The notes: generated from the letters alone by a model not told the origin. A stretch of 64,000 nucleotides of DNA from an uncultured Candidatus Binatia bacterium (GCA_965242525.1 OZ251459.1:2784001-2848000), one strand, 5' to 3'; counted from the first letter of the stretch, positions 19,887-31,900 are shown. Numbers and translations are program-made.

Positions 19887-20503
19887 AAACCATAATATAC
19901 GTCGAAGGCGGTGGAGACACCAAGGTTAACAGAACCGCATGTCGGAAGGCGTTTAACAGGTTTTTCGACAAGGCAGGGCTGAAGGGTCGTATGCCCCGGA
20001 TTTTCGCCAGTGGCGGCCGGGAGCAGGCTTACAGGGATTTCTGCAACGACTTCGAGAAAGCCAGCAGCAGCGAATTCATTGTCCTGTTGGTGGACAGCGA
20101 GACACCGGTGGACAAGGACTCTGATGCCTGGTCGCACTTGAAGGCCCGCCCCGGCGACAACTGGGGCAAACCTGCGGGAGCAGACGCTGACAACGTGCAT
20201 CTCATGGTCCAGTGCATGGAAGCCTGGTTCCTGGCGGACAAGGAGGCACTGAGCGAGTTCTTCGGCCAGGGATTCAACCGAAACGCCTTGCCAGCGCACG
20301 TAGAGATCGAAGACATCCGGAAGGAGGACATCTATCAAGGCCTAGAGAGGGCCACGCGCCAGTCTGTCCGAAAGAAAACGTACCACAAGGGACGCCATTC
20401 GTTCGACATTCTTGCCGAACTGGATCCTGCCAAGGTGGTAAATGCGTCGCCGCACGCGGAGCGACTCGTCCGCACGCTGCTGGACAAGGCGTCGGGAAGT
20501 TGA
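19883..20503 (+). CDS. DUF4276-like (TOPRIM-like) partner protein
   Basis: IYVEGGG, LLVDSE, MVQCMEAWFLAD, YHKG; GTGA overlap with ATPase 2. Confidence 0.8.
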   Translation: MKTIIYVEGGGDTKVNRTACRKAFNRFFDKAGLKGRMPRIFASGGREQAYRDFCNDFEKASSSEFIVLLVDSETPVDKDSDAWSHLKARPGDNWGKPAGADADNVHLMVQCMEAWFLADKEALSEFFGQGFNRNALPAHVEIEDIRKEDIYQGLERATRQSVRKKTYHKGRHSFDILAELDPAKVVNASPHAERLVRTLLDKASGS

Positions 20504-20633
20504 AGTTGCCGTCAAGTCTTGCCGGTCGAGGTTCGGGGAATCTCCCTGTTTCACGGATATCCTTCGATGCTTCCCGTATCGCGCTTCCGGGAGGCTGGCT
20601 TGCAAGTTTCGGCGGGGTTTCCGAGGGAATGCG

Positions 20634-21842
20634 ATGCAGGTTGCCTTCGTGATCGAGAATCTTCATGGGGGCGGCGCTCAACGGGTGGTGCTGGGTGTGG
20701 CGGGAGGATTGGCCGACCTTGGCCACACGGTGGACCTCGTGCTGTTCGAGCCGATCATTCGCCAGACGGTTCCGGACGGAGTGCGGCTGTTCGCCATAAA
20801 AGACACGCCGGACAAGCCCACGGAAGAACGATTCGGTCAGGCGCTGGCGAGAGTGGCGCAACTCTCCGTCACTTCCGGCATTCCGGACTGGATACGAGTG
20901 GCAGGCGCTTTCCGCTGGGATCCGTTCTGTCTTCCGAGCAGACGCAGGGTTCATATGGCTCGCGGCATGACACATTACGCGGCCCGTGAGCAGCCGGACT
21001 GCATCCTGCCGTCGCTGCACCGTTCGATCGTGGCCACCCTCCTGGCTCGCGGTTTGTCCACCCGCCATCCACCCGTCATACCCATCGTCCATTCCTCCCT
21101 GGAAGCCGGTCAGAACCTACGGACCAGAGGCAGGTACCGGCGCCTGTTCGCGGCCGCGACACATTTCGTTGGCGTCTCCCGGGGCGTCTCCGACAGTCTG
21201 GAAACGGTCGCCAGGGTGCCGAGAGACAGGATCAGGACCATCTACAATCCGGTGGTCACCCCGGACCTTCATGACAAGGCCGCAGAGCAACCGGACCATC
21301 CGTGGCTTCGGGACGACGGCGCGCCGGTGGTCCTCGCCGCAGGTAGATTGACACGGGAGAAGGACTATCCGACTCTCATCAAGGCCTTCGCCCGGCTCGC
21401 AACTCGGCGCCCGTGCCATCTGGTCATCCTTGGCGAAGGAAGCAAGAGGAAGGAGATCGAAGGACTGGTCGAAGAATCTCGGCTGATCGACCGGGTCTCG
21501 TTGCCTGGATGGGTGGAGAATCCCTTTGCCTTCATGGCTCGCGCCTCCCTGTTCGTGCTGTCATCCCGATGGGAAGGGTTGCCGACGGTCTTGGTGGAGG
21601 CGCTGGCCTGCGGCTGCCCCTGTGTCAGCACGGACTGTCCTTCCGGTCCGGCAGAGATACTTCGGAATGGAGAGATCGGGCCGCTCGTTCCCGTCGGCGA
21701 CGACGTAGCTTTGGCGGAGGCGATGGATCGGGTGTTGGACCGTCCGCCGGAACGTCATGTGCTGCAACGGCGGGCTGCCGACTTCTCCGCAGACCGGGCG
21801 GTCACCGCTTACGAGAAACTGCTCTCGGAACTCGTTCGTTGA
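20634..21842 (+). CDS. GT4 glycosyltransferase
   Basis: GGGAQRV, IYNP, AGRL..EK, SRWEGLPTVLVEALACG. Confidence 0.9.
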   Translation: MQVAFVIENLHGGGAQRVVLGVAGGLADLGHTVDLVLFEPIIRQTVPDGVRLFAIKDTPDKPTEERFGQALARVAQLSVTSGIPDWIRVAGAFRWDPFCLPSRRRVHMARGMTHYAAREQPDCILPSLHRSIVATLLARGLSTRHPPVIPIVHSSLEAGQNLRTRGRYRRLFAAATHFVGVSRGVSDSLETVARVPRDRIRTIYNPVVTPDLHDKAAEQPDHPWLRDDGAPVVLAAGRLTREKDYPTLIKAFARLATRRPCHLVILGEGSKRKEIEGLVEESRLIDRVSLPGWVENPFAFMARASLFVLSSRWEGLPTVLVEALACGCPCVSTDCPSGPAEILRNGEIGPLVPVGDDVALAEAMDRVLDRPPERHVLQRRAADFSADRAVTAYEKLLSELVR

Positions 21843-21898
21843 TTCGGTTCCGATCCGGTCACGTGGGGTCAACGTCAGGAATCCCGGGGAAACATTAC

Positions 21899-23164
21899 GT
21901 GCACGTTGCCTTCGTGATCGACCACCTTGGGGGCTACGGCGCCGAGCAGGTCGTGTACAGGTTGGTCCACGGTCTGAGCGAGCGCGGCCACAAGGTGGAC
22001 GTCATACTGCTTCAGCCGATCATCCACCGTCGCCTTCCTCGAAACGTCCGGGTGTTCTTGCAAGGAGGGAAACCGGACCGGCTCACGGAAGAACGGTCCG
22101 CGTACGTGCTTGAGCGGACCATCTGGCTCCGTCCACGGTCTCGAACCCTCGAATGGGCGCATCGAGCCTTCGAATGGGCGTGCGCGGCAAACGTCCTGCA
22201 CCGGGATCGTCGTGTTCTGCCGAGCAAGCGCTTGCTTGACCAAGCGCGTGCACTGGCCTCGTACTTGAATGTTGAGGGACCGGACTGCGTGCTGCCACAA
22301 CTCCCACGTGCACTGTGGGCGACGCTTCTGGGATGTCGCATAACAGGTGGACACCCACCCGTCATAGCCGCGATTCACGGCAACGTTCATCATCTAAGCC
22401 GCCGTTCCAAGCTAAAGTTCCACCGCCTGTTTTCCGAGGTGACACATTTCGTGGGAGTATCTCATGGCGTTTCCGACAGTCTAATGACCGCATTCGAAGT
22501 CCCGAGAGAACGCATCACCACGATCTACAATCCAGTGGTCATGCCGGATCTTCACGTCAAGGCTCTGGAACAGCCGCACCATCCGTGGTTCCTGGACCGC
22601 GATGCGCCATTACTTCTTGCCGTCGGACGACTGGAGGAAAGGCAAAAGGATTGGCCAACTCTGATCAAGGCTTTCACCCGTCTCGCAACGCAGCGTCCGT
22701 GTCGCCTGATCATTTTGGGCGAAGGACCGCTCAGGAAGCAGATCGAAGGACTGGTCGAAGAATCCAAGCTGACCGACCGGGTCTCGTTGCCGGGATGGGT
22801 GGAGAATCCCTTCGCCTTCATGGCCCGGGCCTCCCTGTTCGTGCTGTCCTCCCGATGGGAAGGGTTGCCGACGGTCCTGGTGGAGGCGCTGGCCTGCGGC
22901 TGCCCTTGCGTCAGCACCGACTGTCCTTCCGGTCCGGCAGAGATACTGTTGAACGGCGACCTCGGGCCGCTCGTGCCCGTCGGCGACGACGCAGCGTTGG
23001 CGGAAGCAATGAAGCGAGTACTGGACCGGCCGCCCGACAAACGGGTGTTGCGGCAGCGGGCTATGGACTTCTCGGCTGAAAGAGCCCTTGACGACTACGA
23101 GCAGTTGATCGAGAGCCTGCTCGTCTCGCACGGCAAGACGTCCGAAGACGCGCGTCTTGCCTGA
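21899..23164 (+). CDS. GT4 glycosyltransferase
   Basis: GGYGAEQV, IYNP, EGLPTVLVEALACG; GTG start by alignment with paralogues. Confidence 0.88.
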   Translation: MHVAFVIDHLGGYGAEQVVYRLVHGLSERGHKVDVILLQPIIHRRLPRNVRVFLQGGKPDRLTEERSAYVLERTIWLRPRSRTLEWAHRAFEWACAANVLHRDRRVLPSKRLLDQARALASYLNVEGPDCVLPQLPRALWATLLGCRITGGHPPVIAAIHGNVHHLSRRSKLKFHRLFSEVTHFVGVSHGVSDSLMTAFEVPRERITTIYNPVVMPDLHVKALEQPHHPWFLDRDAPLLLAVGRLEERQKDWPTLIKAFTRLATQRPCRLIILGEGPLRKQIEGLVEESKLTDRVSLPGWVENPFAFMARASLFVLSSRWEGLPTVLVEALACGCPCVSTDCPSGPAEILLNGDLGPLVPVGDDAALAEAMKRVLDRPPDKRVLRQRAMDFSAERALDDYEQLIESLLVSHGKTSEDARLA

Positions 23165-23183
23165 ACCAGTGAAGAAAAGCCGC

Positions 23184-24425
23184 ATGCATATCGCTTTCGT
23201 CATCCATGATCTTGGCAGAGGCGGCGCCGAGCGAACGGTGCTCCAACTCGCGTCAGGGTTGAGCTTGGCGGGACACAGGGTTGACGTGGTTCTGTTGACG
23301 GGAGAAATTGGTTATCCCGAGGAGGTCCCGGACGAGGCAGGCCTCTTCGTCTTGCAGAAGGCCCTCGACAGACGTACGGAGGACGGTGCAGCAGATGCGT
23401 TGCGGCGTGCGGTCGAGCTTCGCGGGTCGCCGCAGGTTCTCGATTGGTTCCGTCTGGCAAGCGCCTTGAACTGGGACCCGCTCTGCCTGCCTCACAGGGG
23501 ATTGGTGCGTCAGGCTCGCGCCATCGCGTCCTACATGGAGCGTGAGAAGCCGGACTGCGTGCTGCCAAGCCTCCCCCGTGCGGACGCAATTACCCTGTTG
23601 GCCTCTCGCCTCCTGAAAGAACCTCCGCCAATCATCCCGACGCTTCACAACGTCAGTAAGAGTAACCGACCCATCGACGATCGTCGATACCGTCGTTTAT
23701 TCCCCTACGCGTCGCACGTCGTCGCGGTATCCCAAGGCGTCGCAGACGATCTGGCCGTAACCGCGGACGTACCGAGAGACAGGATCACCACCATATACAA
23801 TCCGACGATCACGCCGAACCTGCATGCCAAGGCCGCAGAGCAGCCGGATCATCCTTGGCTCCTCGACCGTGGCGCGCCCGTGATCCTCGCCGCCGGGCGA
23901 CTTACGGAACAAAAGGACTATCCCACCCTCATCGAGGCTTTTGGCCGTCTCGTGGCGCGGCGCCCGTGTCGCCTGGTTATTCTGGGTGAAGGCCCCCTGC
24001 AGCAGGAACTCGAAGGACTCGCCGGGAAGCTCGACCTTACCGACCGAATCTCGTTCGCCGGGTGGAGCGACAATCCCTTCGCCTTCATGTCCCGCGCCTC
24101 CCTGTTCGTGCTGTCCTCCCGATGGGAAGGTTTTGGGATGGTTCTTGCGGAGGCGCTGGCCTGCGGCCTCCCCTGCGTCAGCACGGACTGTCCTTCCGGT
24201 CCGGCAGAGATACTGCTGAACGGAGAGATCGGGCCGCTCGTTCCCGTCGGCGACGACGCAGCGTTGGCGGAGGCAATGGGACGAGTCCTCGACGACCCGC
24301 CCGACCGGCGCCTGTTGCAACAACGGGCAGCGTATTTCTCCGCAGACAGGGCCGTGGCCGCATACGAGGAATTGATCACATCCGTAGTCCGGCGTTCCGG
24401 GGGACCCCCATGCGTATCGTCCTGA
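23184..24425 (+). CDS. GT4 glycosyltransferase
   Basis: GRGGAERT, IYNP, EGFGMVLAEALACG. Confidence 0.9.
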   Translation: MHIAFVIHDLGRGGAERTVLQLASGLSLAGHRVDVVLLTGEIGYPEEVPDEAGLFVLQKALDRRTEDGAADALRRAVELRGSPQVLDWFRLASALNWDPLCLPHRGLVRQARAIASYMEREKPDCVLPSLPRADAITLLASRLLKEPPPIIPTLHNVSKSNRPIDDRRYRRLFPYASHVVAVSQGVADDLAVTADVPRDRITTIYNPTITPNLHAKAAEQPDHPWLLDRGAPVILAAGRLTEQKDYPTLIEAFGRLVARRPCRLVILGEGPLQQELEGLAGKLDLTDRISFAGWSDNPFAFMSRASLFVLSSRWEGFGMVLAEALACGLPCVSTDCPSGPAEILLNGEIGPLVPVGDDAALAEAMGRVLDDPPDRRLLQQRAAYFSADRAVAAYEELITSVVRRSGGPPCVSS

Positions 24426-25189
24426 TCAGCCTGGAGCGCGCGGCGCACCGGCGAGCGGAAATGGCGCGCGAGTTCGACGCCGCCGGCTTGCGGTACGAGA
24501 TCAAGACGGCCATCGACGGCCGCCGCCTTTCGCCGGACCATCTCGTCCAGGTCGATTGGGAGGGGCGGCGGCGTCTCGGCCTCCGTCCCCACGACAACGG
24601 CTCCATTGCCTGTTGGCTGACGCATCGAGAGGTCATGCGCGACCTCGTAGCGAACGGACCCGACATGACGGCGGTGTTCGAGGACGACGCCCGGTTCACC
24701 CCCGAGCTCCCCGATGTTCTCAAGGCGCTGGAAACCAGGCCCTTTGCCTTCGACCTCGTGGCACTCTACCGGGGACATCCCCGACGGCCCTTCGTCCCGT
24801 GCGTCTCGCTGGCGGACGGCCACTCCGCGGGCCGGGTGCGGTACTCCGACACCGGCTCCGTGGGATACGTCATCACTCGACCCGCTGCCCGCCATTTTCT
24901 CGAGACGACGCCCAGGATGGTCCTGGCCCTGGACCACGCCCTGCTGCGCTTCTGGGTCAGCGGACTCAACACGTTCTACGTGGACCCGCCGGTGGTCCGT
25001 CACGGCGGCGCGCACGACTCCGAGATCGACGACCACCGCGGCACAGCGCGGGCCGAACGAGACGCGACCGATGCACCGGCCGCGATCCTCTGGCGGCGCA
25101 CGGTTGCCGGCGCACGGCGAGCGGTCAAGAAGCGTCTCGCCTTCCGCAGGCTCCTGCGGGGAGAGATCGGAGTGACGCGATGGCTTTAG
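24410..25189 (+). CDS. GT25 (LPS biosynthesis-like) glycosyltransferase
   Basis: LISLERAAHRR, AIDG, IACWLTH, VFEDD. Confidence 0.85.
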   Translation: MRIVLISLERAAHRRAEMAREFDAAGLRYEIKTAIDGRRLSPDHLVQVDWEGRRRLGLRPHDNGSIACWLTHREVMRDLVANGPDMTAVFEDDARFTPELPDVLKALETRPFAFDLVALYRGHPRRPFVPCVSLADGHSAGRVRYSDTGSVGYVITRPAARHFLETTPRMVLALDHALLRFWVSGLNTFYVDPPVVRHGGAHDSEIDDHRGTARAERDATDAPAAILWRRTVAGARRAVKKRLAFRRLLRGEIGVTRWL

Positions 25190-25398
25190 GGCCCTGCTCC
25201 GCGTGAGCCGGACAGCCGAACGATCGGGTACTGCGGATACCTCCGAGCTACCTGATACCTCTTGGCAGGGTCCGAACCGAAGTCCACGACTTCCCCGGGA
25301 TGCCATACTCCTTGACGGAAAGGACCCTTGTACGATAGGAAAACAGGCACGTTAGAGAAGCTATTCTACCTTGCAGTCCCGGATCGAAGGGAAGGCCG

Positions 25399-26519
25399 AT
25401 GCTGCAAAGACTATACGTCGACAACTACAAGTGCCTGGTCAATTTCGACCTGCGCCTTCAGCATCTCTCGCTACTGCTCGGACCCAACGGCGTGGGAAAG
25501 ACCTCCGTCCTCGACGTCGTGTTCGCACTACGCCGGCTTCTCGACGGGAGCGCCAGGATCACCGACGCCGACGCGTTTCACGCCCGCACGTTGACCTGCT
25601 GGCAAAAAGGGCAACTTCAAGTCTTCGAGATCGAGGTCCTGCTGGACCCGGATCGTTTTACGTATCGGCTCGAGGTGGAGCATGATCGGTCGGCCCGGCG
25701 CGCTCGTATCCAACTTGAGAAACTGGTTCACCAGGATGACCGGGGTAAAGGACCCCTGTTCGAGTTCGAGAATGGCGAGGTGCGGCTCTATCGTGACGAC
25801 TACTCGCCTGGTCCCAAGTACACTTACGATTGGTCGGAGTCCGCGCTGGCCCGAATCATGCTCGGGAAGGACAACCAACGCCTTGCGCGCTTTCTGGATT
25901 TCGTCAGAAAGATCATGGTGTGCAGCCTCTACCCACCCGTCTTCAGCACAGAATCGAGGAGCGAGGCCCCGCTCCTTCAGCGAGACTCCCGGAACTTCGC
26001 GGCTGGTATCGGCACGTGGTCCAGGAACGTCCGGACCTGTTGTCGGAGTTCACGAATACGTTGCAAGAAATCATCCACGGCTATCGCAGCATCCGGCTGG
26101 AAAAAGTCGGCCAGGAGACACGCGCCCTCATGGTCGCATTCGCCGAGGGCCGCGAACGATACGAGTTGTCGTTCGATGAGCTTTCGGATGGACAGCGGGC
26201 GCTCATCGCGCTGTATGCCATGGTTCACCTGACCGCAGACCAGGGCTACACGCTTTTCCTCGACGAGCCCGACAACTATGTCGCGCTTCCGGAGATTCAA
26301 CCCTGGCTCCAGGAGATCGAAGACGCCTGCGGAGAGACGGTGCCACAAGCCGTAATCAGCTCTCATCACCCGGAATTGATCGACTATCTGGGCTCCGAAA
26401 ACAGCTACATGCTTCAGCAGGAGAAGTCAGGGGTCGTGACAGTGCACAAACCGGAGGCCAATCCGGCCGAGCCCGGGCTCAAGCTTTCCGAGTTGATCGC
26501 CAGGGGATGGGATACGTGA
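25399..26519 (+). pseudogene. ABC/AAA_21-type ATPase 3, frameshifted near 26001
   Basis: Walker A GPNGVGKT in one frame; LSDG, FLDEPDNY, SSHHP in another; one added base joins RNFA to GWYRH. Confidence 0.8.
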
Positions 26520-26568
26520 GCAGGGAAGCGCACATCGTCCTGTTGTGCGAAGACAAGCAGCATCAAAG
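26516..26568 (+). pseudogene. First 17 codons of the ATPase 3 partner, cut by element B
   Basis: GTGA overlap; VSREAHIVLLCEDKQHQ is a TOPRIM-like hydrophobic-CED start. Confidence 0.6.
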
Positions 26569-26893
26569 GGATCTTCCGGCTTTTGTGTGGGTAAGGTAGA
26601 AGGGAAGGATGAGGGAAAGGGGTCACGCCGTCATTGCTCCGCAGACGCCTGCCCCGTCATTCCCGCGAAAGCGGGAATCCAGTTTCATTGTTCTCATGCA
26701 GGGCGCCATGGGGTTGGGTCGGAAGGATGGAAGCACGAGGAGTTTTCACAAGGATGGATTCCCGCTTTCGCGGGAATGACGGGATGGGGCGTCCACGCCG
26801 CCAAACCGAGGACGGCATGGTCGGAATGGGAGAGAAGCGGATTTCGTCGCGTGCGTGGGGAGTGTCTCAACCCACACGAATTCCTGAAGAGCC
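26569..26893. mobile_element. MITE family B (ISL3-like ends) with an inverted pair of dRS3-like palindromes
   Basis: Ends GGATCTTCCGGCTTTTGTGTGGGT and ACCCACACGAATTCCTGAAGAGCC; same ends at 36335-36639 and one end at 8162. Confidence 0.75.
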
Positions 26894-27164
26894 CGTAGAG
26901 AAAGGAATCCCGATACTTGTATTTGAGGTCTTCGTCGATTTGGCCTTTCTTGAACCGCTGGAGATAGGCGCCGCCCTCCGGATCGGACCCGGCCGGGTTT
27001 TGCGGATCCTTGAACTCGATGTACAGGTAATGGTCAGGAAGCTCCACGATGAAGTCCACGGCCTTCATGCAATGGCTGAGTCCGTGGTCGAGTCCGTCGA
27101 ACTTTCGCGCAGACACGACGTTCGTGAAGGTGATTTGCAGGTCGTCTTCGGTGAAGGTGCTCAC
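26894..27164 (-). pseudogene. ATPase 4 partner (PD-(D/E)xK-like), truncated by element B
   Basis: KAVDFIVE...IEFKD; frame runs into element sequence after KYRDSFLY. Confidence 0.6.
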
Positions 27165-28195
27165 TTCAGCGACCCTCCCAAGCTGCGCTCGATCTTCCGG
27201 TCGTAGAGGCTGTCGAACGTTTCTGCAATCGCATTGGGATCGATTTCAAGGTAACTGTTCGCAGTGTTGCACGCTATGTCCACCTCCCCTTCCCCTTTCA
27301 ATTGGTACAGGGAGTGAAAAGCCACCTCGTCCGTCTTCTCCTTTCGGAGATCGATCTCCTCCAGGATGACGTAATCGTGCGTCGCAAGGAATACCTGGAC
27401 TTCCCTGCGTTGGAGTTCGAGCAGGATGGCCGTCAGTGGGCCGAACAGTTTCGGGTTCAGGTTGGCCTCGGGCTCGTCCCAGAACAGTACGGAGCCGGCC
27501 CCGAGGGAGCCGTTCTGTACCAACAACCACAACAGCGCGAGCTTGCGCATCCCTTCCGCGAGCAACGTGAACTCGAGGTTGCCCTGTGAGTTGTGCAGGA
27601 AGAACTCCTCGTTGCGGACGGTGACCTTGCCATCCATGGCTTTCTCGAGTTCGCGGAGCAGGCTCTTGCGTTGTTGGTCCGCGGGGCCGCGCAGCACCGG
27701 GAGGTAGGCGCGGCGCAGGATGTCCGCATAGACTTCCTCGAAGTGGATTTCGCGGCTCTCGTAAAGGGACCGGAACCCCGGGGCGTTGGAAAGCATTTCC
27801 TTTACCGGGATGTACACGCTCTCGACGGGTTCTCGAGTCCAATCCGGAACGCCGGTGACGCGGACCTTGTCGGAAGTCGCTTTCGTGACCAAGGTAGAGA
27901 ACGAGGCGGTCAACTTGCGATGGCCGCGGCACACTTCCACGACTGCTCCTGCGCGCCCCTGCTGCCGCTTCACCAGCCGACCCGGCCCCCGGCCTGACGG
28001 CAGAAACACCCGGATCATCTTCTCCACGAAATGTACGTCAGGCCTGGATGCCTCGCACGCCGCATAGCAGACCTTCATCAAGTGGGTCTTGCCCGTGCCG
28101 TTGGCTCCCACGAGGACGTTGATGCCGGGGGAGAAGTCGAGGCTGAAATCCGAAAACGCCGTAAAGCGTTTCAGTCGTACTCTGGTCAGGGCCAT
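27161..28195 (-). CDS. ABC/AAA_21-type ATPase 4
   Basis: GANGTGKT, LAEG, FWDEPEANLNP, ATHD. Confidence 0.88.
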   Translation of the reverse strand: MALTRVRLKRFTAFSDFSLDFSPGINVLVGANGTGKTHLMKVCYAACEASRPDVHFVEKMIRVFLPSGRGPGRLVKRQQGRAGAVVEVCRGHRKLTASFSTLVTKATSDKVRVTGVPDWTREPVESVYIPVKEMLSNAPGFRSLYESREIHFEEVYADILRRAYLPVLRGPADQQRKSLLRELEKAMDGKVTVRNEEFFLHNSQGNLEFTLLAEGMRKLALLWLLVQNGSLGAGSVLFWDEPEANLNPKLFGPLTAILLELQRREVQVFLATHDYVILEEIDLRKEKTDEVAFHSLYQLKGEGEVDIACNTANSYLEIDPNAIAETFDSLYDRKIERSLGGSLK

Positions 28196-28211
28196 GCCTT
28201 GGCACCCTCCT

Positions 28212-28364
28212 TCAGCGGCTCTCCCGTTTCCTTGTGGCGTCCCACTCCACGCCGGTGCTCAGCAAGTCGCCGTTGATCCTGACCTGGCCCTTCAGGCGCC
28301 CGATGAACTGCGCAAAGCCCGGTTCATCTTCGGTCCGGTCGTCCTTCGTTGCTTTCGGTTCCAT
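28212..28364 (-). pseudogene. Possible antitoxin C-terminal remnant (Phd-associated tail)
   Basis: FIGRLKGQVRINGDLLSTGVEWDA resembles antitoxin tails; no toxin follows. Confidence 0.35.
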
Positions 28365-28468
28365 CTCTCGTTCGCTTCCATCTTTCACCAAGGTATTCCT
28401 CTGGCATGGACCGGTTGACATGAATCTGGTATCGCACACCGGGACGGACATTTCCACCCGGCTGTGCT

Positions 28469-28497
28469 TTGACCCTTCCTTGGCAAGGGGTTATGGT
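28469..28497 (+). promoter_or_regulatory. Sigma70-like promoter
   Basis: TTGACC-17 bp-TATGGT, 6 bp before ATG 28504. Confidence 0.5.
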
Positions 28498-28503
28498 GTC
28501 TCC

Positions 28504-28638
28504 ATGAGCCTTCCCGGCACCGCTTGGCGCAAGCTGCCCATCGGCGTCCAGGCCTTCCGCAAGGTCCGCGAAGAGGGCCGCTACTACGTGGGCAAGACCC
28601 CCTGGATCGAGCGGTTGGTGGACGAGGGAAACCAATGA
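28504..28638 (+). pseudogene. N-terminal remnant of an AAA-ATPase-like/PD-(D/E)xK family protein
   Basis: RKLPIGVQAFRKVREEGRYYVGKT matches the LPIG.Q.F..IR....YVDKT start; stops before RPRRFGKS. Confidence 0.65.
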
Positions 28639-28982
28639 CGGACGCGAACGAACAGGTCACCTTCGAGGAGTTCCGGCGGATACGGATCCATGCCGGCACC
28701 GTCGTGGAGGCGGCGCCCAATCCCAAGGCGCGGACGCCGGCCTACGTGCTGCGCATCGACTTCGGGCCGCTGGGGATGCGCACGAGTTCCGCCCAGGTCA
28801 CCCGGAACCATACACCGGAGCAGTTGGTGGGCCGGCAGGTGGTGGCGGTGCTGAACTTCCCGCCCAAGCGGGTGGCGGGAGTCAAGTCCGAGGTCCTGGT
28901 GCTCGGGGCGGTGGACGAAGCGGACGGCGTAGTGCTGCTCCAGCCGACGTTCCCGGTGGCCAACGGCTCCCCCGTGGCCTGA
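28635..28982 (+). CDS. csaA: CsaA/Trbp111 tRNA-binding chaperone
   Basis: IDFGPLG..SSAQVT, VLNFPPKRVAGVKSEVLVLG. Confidence 0.85.
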   Translation: MTDANEQVTFEEFRRIRIHAGTVVEAAPNPKARTPAYVLRIDFGPLGMRTSSAQVTRNHTPEQLVGRQVVAVLNFPPKRVAGVKSEVLVLGAVDEADGVVLLQPTFPVANGSPVA

Positions 28983-29000
28983 GTACGGACTCCCTCCCCC

Positions 29001-29072
29001 TGTGGGAAAGCGTGTCCTTCGACTTCGCTGCGCTACGCTCAGGACGAACGGAGACGATCGTTCCGGGTTTCC
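29001..29072. repeat. Partial family A copy between convergent genes
   Basis: Core plus one end GATCGTTCCGGGTTTCC. Confidence 0.65.
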
Positions 29073-29095
29073 TGCACCGCCCTTGCGCGCACGCC

Positions 29096-31375
<2,280 letters not shown>

Positions 31376-31482
31376 AGCAGGAGCCTTTCCCTAGCCGGAA
31401 TGACGTTCGGACGGCCCCTCTTGCAGCGCTGCAACTCGGAGGCCCCGCTTCGGCGCTCATGGACGAGTCCGAACGGAAGGAG

Positions 31483-31559
31483 TGGTCGGGGCGACTGGAT
31501 TTGAACCAGCGACTTCACGGACCCGAACCGTGCGCTCTACCAGGCTGAGCCACGCCCCG
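31483..31559 (-). tRNA. tRNA-Pro(CGG)
   Basis: Minus strand CGGGGCGTGGCTCAGCCTGGTAGAGCG-CACGG-TTCGGGT-CCGTG...GGTTCAAATCC...CCA, 77 nt. Confidence 0.95.
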
Positions 31560-31652
31560 ACTCCCGGTCCGACTGGACCTTGGGTTGAGAAATATCTAGC
31601 ACACGAGCAGCGCAAGGTAAAATCATGCAGCCCGCCGGGGAGGCACGACTTG

Positions 31653-31900
31653 GGAAACCCTGAACAATCGGGACAGAGAGCATGAGAGCGTCCTTCGACT
31701 TCGCTTCGCTACGCTCAGGACGAACGGAAATAGGGACGTCAGGGTGAAGGAATCGGGAATCCATCCTGGATGCCTCGATTGTTCAGATGTTCCTTATGGA
31801 AACCCTGAACAATTATCCCCGTTCGTCCTGAGCGTAGCGAAGCGAAGTCGAAGGACGCGCCTTCCCACAGGGAGAGGGAGTTCAAGCCGGAATTCAGGGA
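31653..31900. mobile_element. Two adjacent family A MITEs (31653-31793, 31798-~31900)
   Basis: Both start GGAAACCCTGAACAAT; 4 bp apart; cores in opposite orientation. Confidence 0.75.

Noticed and set aside
17322-28638. Integron cassette array
   Set aside because: No intI, no recognisable attC sites, mixed orientation
31483-31559. tRNA-anchored prophage or integrative island
   Set aside because: No integrase and no duplicated tRNA 3' end seen in the window
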